A stretch of DNA of 64,000 nucleotides from the human T2T-CHM13v2.0 reference genome, Homo sapiens, in assembly GCF_009914755.1 (NCBI RefSeq), contig NC_060947.1; one strand, 5' to 3'. Within the stretch, counting starts at the first letter, position 1. Every line of letters begins with the position of its first letter. Made by a program: the position numbers and the translations under genes. The notes under the pieces were generated by a model. That model worked only from the letters and a program-made list of their open reading frames with translations, was not told the DNA's origin and ran no database searches. Shown piece after piece: positions 57,738 through 64,000 of this stretch.

Positions 57738-60254
57738 AGGGCATTGCTTTGGGCCCATTTAAAAATTGAATCATAGCTCTTGTGTTGTGCACACATTTCA
57801 AAATTGCATTGTGTAATATAACCAAGCAGTGAGGATGTAAATAAATAGCTCTCAGGCAGTTGACTTGTGGAGAAGCTTCCCCAGAAGCACTGGGTCTGGC
57901 AGGAGAACTAGCCCCTCTGCCTAGGTTCTCAATTTCCTGTGCAGCAGCTTGATCCTAGAAATGTGTGTTACAACTTTTTATTTCTTAGTTTGCCACAGAG
58001 GAATAGAGGACTTAAAACAATACCTAGTAAAAAAAAGCTTAGATATTTACTGAGAGCTTGATGAGATAATGTCACTTGGACTTCAGTAAGTATAACATCT
58101 GTACTCAGCATTTCCCCTGCTGCTTGAATAGCATTTTAGATCAAATCCTGTCTAACATTTTGGAGTTCTCATTTGTTTGCTCTCTGGGTCAGTTTCACCA
58201 CTGTGGTCCCGAGCCTCTCCTGATTTTCAGCCCATTGCCAAAGCACTTAGACCCCACTTTGGGCATACAGATTCCCCTTTATCTCCCTTTAAGCAGAGAT
58301 TGGCACAGTTCTCCCATGCCTCTGATGTTGCTAAGAGACTAAGCCACAAGGAAATCTGAACCCAAATGTGGTAACCATTCACAACTGCTAATCTATCCCA
58401 CACAACTGCATCACAACCCTTTCACTAACTCCAGAAGATATAATTTATAGAGATGGTAAAATAATTTTATGTGTGCAGTAACATAAGATGTAATTGTACA
58501 AGTTTGGTTATTTATTTCTACAATTTTAAAATCATTCCAACAATCTGCTCTCTGCCAAGCTCTACCATGTTTATTCAGAGAAGTCAAATAATTATTTCGA
58601 GGAAACCTAGTAGGAATCATAAGGGGAAGACTTCTTACTTTCTGTCCTTCTGTTAAAGCTTAATGGGAACTGCTGCAAAGGAGGATCAGAGAGTACCCGC
58701 ACAATGTCCTTTGGGGATAATGATTCTAGGAAGGCCACCTCAGTCCTGTACCACTACAGAACTTCCTTCTAATCAATCTTACAAGAGGCTTGAGAATTTT
58801 GTTTTAAGGAATTTGCTAGTGAGGTATGTATTCTACATAGCTAATTTAAAAAGTCAGAAAAATTGAACCAGTCCTATTAAATAAGAAATAATAGTATTAT
58901 AGATTGCCTACAGGGTTACGCATTGCATCTGATTGTCAAAAAAGACTCCACGAATTTCAAGACAATTGCTTTGTCCCAACAGAGAGTCATTTTCAATTAT
59001 AAATCTCACTTTACAAATCGCCCTATCAATACCTAATGTTTTCTTCCTCAGGCAATACTATAAAACAGTTTACCAAATCTTTTCTAAGTCTTGACCTGAA
59101 AAACATATTCAATTTATCTTAAGGTTTTCAGAAAAGCTTACTAAAATGCAAATAATTTTATTTACCTTCAGTTCCTGAAAGGCTGTGAGCTGAATATGGT
59201 CTTTGCTGGTTTGTTTTAGTTTTGGTTTCTTCACTGCTGCTTTTTACCACTTTCTGGTCTTCGGTTTCATTCCTTTACCTTAACATCCTCTCCTTGCATG
59301 ACTGAAATGCTCTAATAAAGAGGGAAGGTGATATAAGCATGAAAATTTTTATTCTTAAAATAAGGTGAGTCTATCTTAAAGACCAAAACTAACCTAATAA
59401 TGACCCACTCTTTTTAAAAAGCAATATGGAGCTGTGAATATGTTGTTTGTCCCTAAAATACAGAGGAAATAATTGGACTCCCAGGCAGTCCTAGGGAAAA
59501 TGATGAGATGTATTTTGGCAACTTCTCACACAATTTTTAATGTCTTGAAGGACCCCACATGTCCTTGGTTTTCCCAAAGTTGAGCTTCAAAAAAGTATTT
59601 TCCTTTCTTCTACTCTCAGCTCATCCTACTGGAAGAAGAAATACAGATCAATCACTTTGCTTTAATTTAAATAGGTTTCAAATCTCATCACACCTGTATG
59701 TGAATGTACACATTATAAACAGCATAGTTTTACCTAGGGCCGTCCTTAATTTCTAGTTAACTAAAGGTACATTTTTGAAGGAGTGGTGAATACTATTGAT
59801 GATTCCAGGGTTGGTCTTATCCTTGATCTATGCATAAAATACTAAAAGCCTACCTAAAACATGTTTGTTGTTTCTCTTCATTTATTGAGCAGATTTTAGA
59901 TGCTCAGTCTCAACTATGTTGTGTTGGGTTGTAAGCTACTCTAGACAAAAACCTATAATTAGTAAATAATAATAATAATAATTCCAGTTCATCCTTTTAT
60001 AGTACACTGCATATTGCAAAAGCATTTCACATCTTAAAACATATTGGATACTCATAATAACCATCTGAGATAAATACTATTAGCTTTATTTTGCAGATAA
60101 AGAAACTGAAGTTTAGAGACTGAGGAAGAGCTGCTGCCCTTTAGTGATTGAGGGTTCCTATAGGGCTAGACTGAATTCATCAAAGCTAGCAAGAATCCTC
60201 AATTGTCCAGAATGTTTTGTTGTACTCCAGATTTAGACTATAAAAAGTCAAAAT

Positions 60255-60770
60255 CTGTCGGGGACTGAAAGAGTGAAAATCAGTGTGGACTGAGAATAAG
60301 CAGCCCTGCTATTAATCAGGCTGGGAGGACAGACAGATAAAGCCAGCTGCAAAGTTAGCAGAAAACACTGTTTCTCCCAAGGTCATGCAGCAGTTGTAAA
60401 ATGCCATAATGACCCCCTCCTCCTTTGAGTGACTACTGCTTTCTTACCAGTGATGCCCCAAACCTGCTTTGCTGCTTACATTAACTACCAGGGATACCCA
60501 ACTGCTAAGCTATCCTTGCCCCATAAGAGAACCCAGTCCCTAGTTAACCCCCATTTTTTCCAATCCTGCCTCAGAAACTCCAACCAATCCAGGATTTACC
60601 CCTGCTTCCCTAAAACCTCATCAGAATCTTTCACTGTAAATGTAAACATTACAAAACTTTCTTCCTTCCTTCAATCAAGGATTAATCCATAGTTCCTCTA
60701 GAATGCCCCTCCCTCAATGCATTGAGCCAATAAATCTGATTTTGTCAGACTCTGGGCATGATGCTGGACT
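60255..60770 (+). mobile_element. Old solo LTR (ERV1-like, family not identified)
   Basis: About 500 bp, relatively GC-rich, with an LTR-like layout ending gagccAATAAAtctgattttgtcagac. Confidence 0.45.
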
Positions 60771-61689
60771 TGGAGTAATAATGCTTTAATGGGGAGGGGG
60801 GAGCAAATAACACCAAGAAAGAGATCTTGTTTAATTGAACATTTTAATTTTTTTAAACATACCTCCCATCCTTAATTTTATCAATCATCATTCCTGGACA
60901 ATGATTACTCATACTCAGGATAATGACCCAGAAACTCTGCAAGACACCTAGCCATCAAAGGAGGACTCAGAATACTTCAAGGGACCATTTACGATGAATG
61001 AAAATTGGTCTTAGAAATTTTATAATTATTTACCTCAATTAAGAAACCAACAGGACTTTCTATTTAAATTTCAGGTGAACAGAAAATTCAGTTAGCCAGA
61101 ATTTCCATCCCTGAGCAATTCCACTAACCAAGATTTCACTAAAATTTCATTGCATTTGTGTTCTTATCTGAATGTTATGTTATCATTCCCTTCAGCATTG
61201 CTTATTTTAGTTTATGATCTTTAGGACAGCAGGGAGCACCTACATGTAAATATTAGTACAATGTCTGGTAGAGCAGATTGCTGTTTACAAATAAGTACTT
61301 TTTGATAATGAGGACAGCAGAAGTGCTAGTAGTGATATTGATGATATGGGCAGATATTGAAGAGTATAAACTCTCTGGTGGCAGTTCAACATCTTTATAA
61401 AAAATTCAAAGTAGCATGTCCCCTGGAAGAAACTGGAAAGTAATTTGGAATCTGCCTGCTAATAAAGTATTTACTTGTTTACTTTCTCCTTTTATTGCCT
61501 TAGTTAAATTTATTAGAGGAAGTCAATAATGAGAAATAATGCACAGTAGTTTGAGACGGTATTTGTTTATTAATACTTCCCAGCTTACCACATTGCCAGG
61601 CATATATAACTTTTAAAACATCTGTTTAATGGCATTGAATTGTACTAAAATGTGTTAATATAGTGTCTTGCTAGCATTACACACACACT

Positions 61690-63575
61690 GTAATTTTTAG
61701 AGCAGATTTAAGTTCACAACAAAATTGAGTGGAAAGTACAGAGTTCCCACATTACCCACAAGACTCCCCCCACTATCAATATCCAGCACCACAGTGGTGC
61801 ATTTGTTGTAATCCATGAACCTATATTGACACATCCTGATCACCCAACGTCTATAGTTTACATTTAGATTTCACTCCTAATGTTGTACCATCTATGGGTT
61901 TCAACAGATGTATGATGACATGTATCCACCATTACAGTATCATACAGATGAGTTTCACTGCCCTAAAAATCTTCTGTGTTCCACTTTATTTATCTCTCCC
62001 TCTCCCAGAACTCCTGGCAACTCCTTATCTTTTTACTGTCTCCGAAATGTTGCCTTCTCCGAAATTTCAATAGTTGAAACCACACAGTACATAGCCTTTT
62101 CAGAGTGGCTTCTTTCACTTAGTAATATGCATTTAAGGTTCCTACATGTCTTTTCATGACAAAATACTTTAAAAAATGCATTCATTTATTCAATGTGCCT
62201 TTACTGAGTTTTCTTAATGCTACCAGCACCATGCTAGTTGCTAGTGGTACAAAAATTAAAGCTACAGCACACCATAAACAAGTAGTTCCAGTAAAACACC
62301 TTTTGAAGAGGCAAAGAAGATTTATTTATTTAATAAGCTTTATTTTTCACAAATAGCTTTAGGGTTACAAAGAAGTTAACAGATAAGAGGATACATTTTT
62401 TTTTGAAGAGTTGAGCAGAAAGTACAGAGAACTCTCATATAGCCCCTTTGCCTCTCCCAGTTTCCCATTTTGTTAATGTCTTGACTTAGTGTGGCACATT
62501 TATTACAATTAATGAAACACTATACATTATTGTTAAAGTCCATGGTTGACAGTAGAGTTCATTCTTTGTGTTATACAGTTCTATGGTTTTTGACAAATGT
62601 AAAATATCATGGATCCACCATTACTGTATCATACAGAATAGTTTCACTGTCCTAAATATCCCAGAGCTTTGTCTATTCATCTCTCCCTTTCTCCTCAAAA
62701 ACTCTTGGTAACCAATGATCTTTTTTTAGTCTTTATAGTCTTTATAGTTTTGCCTTTTCCAAAATGTCATACGTTTGGAATCCTACAGTATGTAGCCTTT
62801 TCAGACTGACTTCTTTCACTTAGTATATGCATTTAAGGTTTTTCCATGTAGTTCTGTGGCTTGATGGTTAATTTCTTTTTATCAATGAATAATATTTTAT
62901 TGTCTGGATGTACCACAATTGTTTACCCATTTACCTATTGATTGACATATTGGTTATTTCCAAGTTTTGGCAATTATGAATGAAGCTGCTATAAACACTT
63001 GTGCAAGTTTTCGTGTAGCTATAAAAAGTATGATTAATGCATCATACTGTAAGACAATGTTTAGCTTTTTAAGTAACTGCCAAAATATCTTTCAAAGTGG
63101 CTGTACCATTTTGCATTCCCACCAGCAATGGATGATAATTTCTATTGCTTCACATCCTTGCCAAAATTTGATGTTGTCAGTAATACTGGGTTTCAGTCAT
63201 TCTAATAGGTGTGTAGTGTATGTCATTGTCTAAATTTAAAATTCCCTAATGACATATGACATTGAGCATATATTCAGATGCTTATTTGTTATCTGTGTAT
63301 CTTCTTTGATTAGGTGTCTGTTCAGAACTTTTGCCCATTTTTAAATTAGGTTGTTAGTTTTTTTATGGTTGAGTTTTAAGAGGTTTTTGTGAATTCCATG
63401 TAGAAGTTTCTTAATCTGTATATGTTTTGCATATATTTTCTCCCATTTTATGGCTTAGCTATTTATTCTTTCAACTGTTTTTCACAAAACAGATGTTTAT
63501 GATTTTAATAAAGTCCAACTTATCAATTGTTTTTTTCATGGACTACATTTTTGTCGTTGTGTCTAAAATTTTATC
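61690..63575 (-). mobile_element. Two L1MC/L1MD-type 3' ends (~61690-62160 and ~62330-63575)
   Basis: Both contain gaaagtacagag...cattac.gtatcatacaga..agtttcactg.cctaaa and tagccttttcaga.tg.cttctttcacttagt; ORF2 C-terminal remnant toward 63575. Confidence 0.82.
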
Positions 63576-63577
63576 AG

Positions 63578-64000
63578 CAAACACACAAATGAGAAAGAGA
63601 AAGAACACAAATATTACCAGTACAGAAAACAGAAAACCACCAAACCACAATATAAAAAAGCAAGAGACGAAGGAAGGAAGGAAAGAAGGAAGGAAGGAAG
63701 GAAGGAAGGAAGGAAGGAAGGAAGGAAGGAAGGAGGGAGGGAGGGAGGGAAGGAAGGAAGGAAGGAAGGAAATAATACAAAACAACCAGAAAGTAATTAC
63801 AAGATGACAGGAATAAGTCCTTACATATTAATAATAACCTTGAATGTAAACAAATTAAATATCCCACTTAAAAGATATAGATTGGCTGAATGAATTTTAA
63901 AAGTAACCTAAATATATTCTGCCTAAAAGAAACACATTTCACCTGTAGAGACACATATAGACTAAAAGTAAAGGGATGGAAAAAATATTCCATGGAAAAG
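63578..64000 (+). mobile_element. L1 (L1MA/L1PB-like) inter-ORF region and ORF2 start, continuing past the window
   Basis: ATG at 63804 gives MTGISPYILIITLNVNKLNIPLKRYRLAE*, the L1 endonuclease N-terminus. Confidence 0.85.
63669..63771. repeat. (GGAA)n/(GGGA)n polypurine microsatellite
   Basis: About 100 bp of pure purine; longest perfect run is 11 GGAA (63688-63731). Confidence 0.97.

Noticed and set aside
63427-63867. ORFs with EGRK / PSFL repeats
   Set aside because: They are translations of the GGAA microsatellite.

Overview
Primate (human-like) genomic DNA, AT-rich and dominated by transposable elements, lying inside the very long X-linked gene IL1RAPL2 (+ strand). The only host coding sequence I can support is one 130-bp exon (51176-51305) encoding the start of the third Ig domain; it is absent from the ORF track. 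The rest is intron. It holds a 5'-deleted HERV-K (HML-7/MER11D-like) env + 3' LTR, a full-length U6 snRNA/L1 chimeric retrocopy with target-site duplications (TSDs), and an ancient two-LTR ERV1 hosting five younger insertions, including a full-length dead L1PA6-like element. It also holds nested MaLR LTRs, Alus, DNA-transposon fossils and microsatellites. Almost all ORFs in the track are repeat-derived or spurious. I see no convincing new multi-gene system. The most interesting signals are: (i) the exon begins with a near-consensus donor (CAG|GTAAGC), a candidate recursive-splicing exon; (ii) a local ~190-bp inverted duplication with a fold-back hairpin at its junction, fused to an Alu; (iii) the U6/L1 chimera; (iv) a recent 83-bp tandem duplication abutting an L1 TSD. 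Repeat family and subfamily names come from my memory of consensus sequences and need RepeatMasker/Dfam confirmation. Identities were counted by eye.
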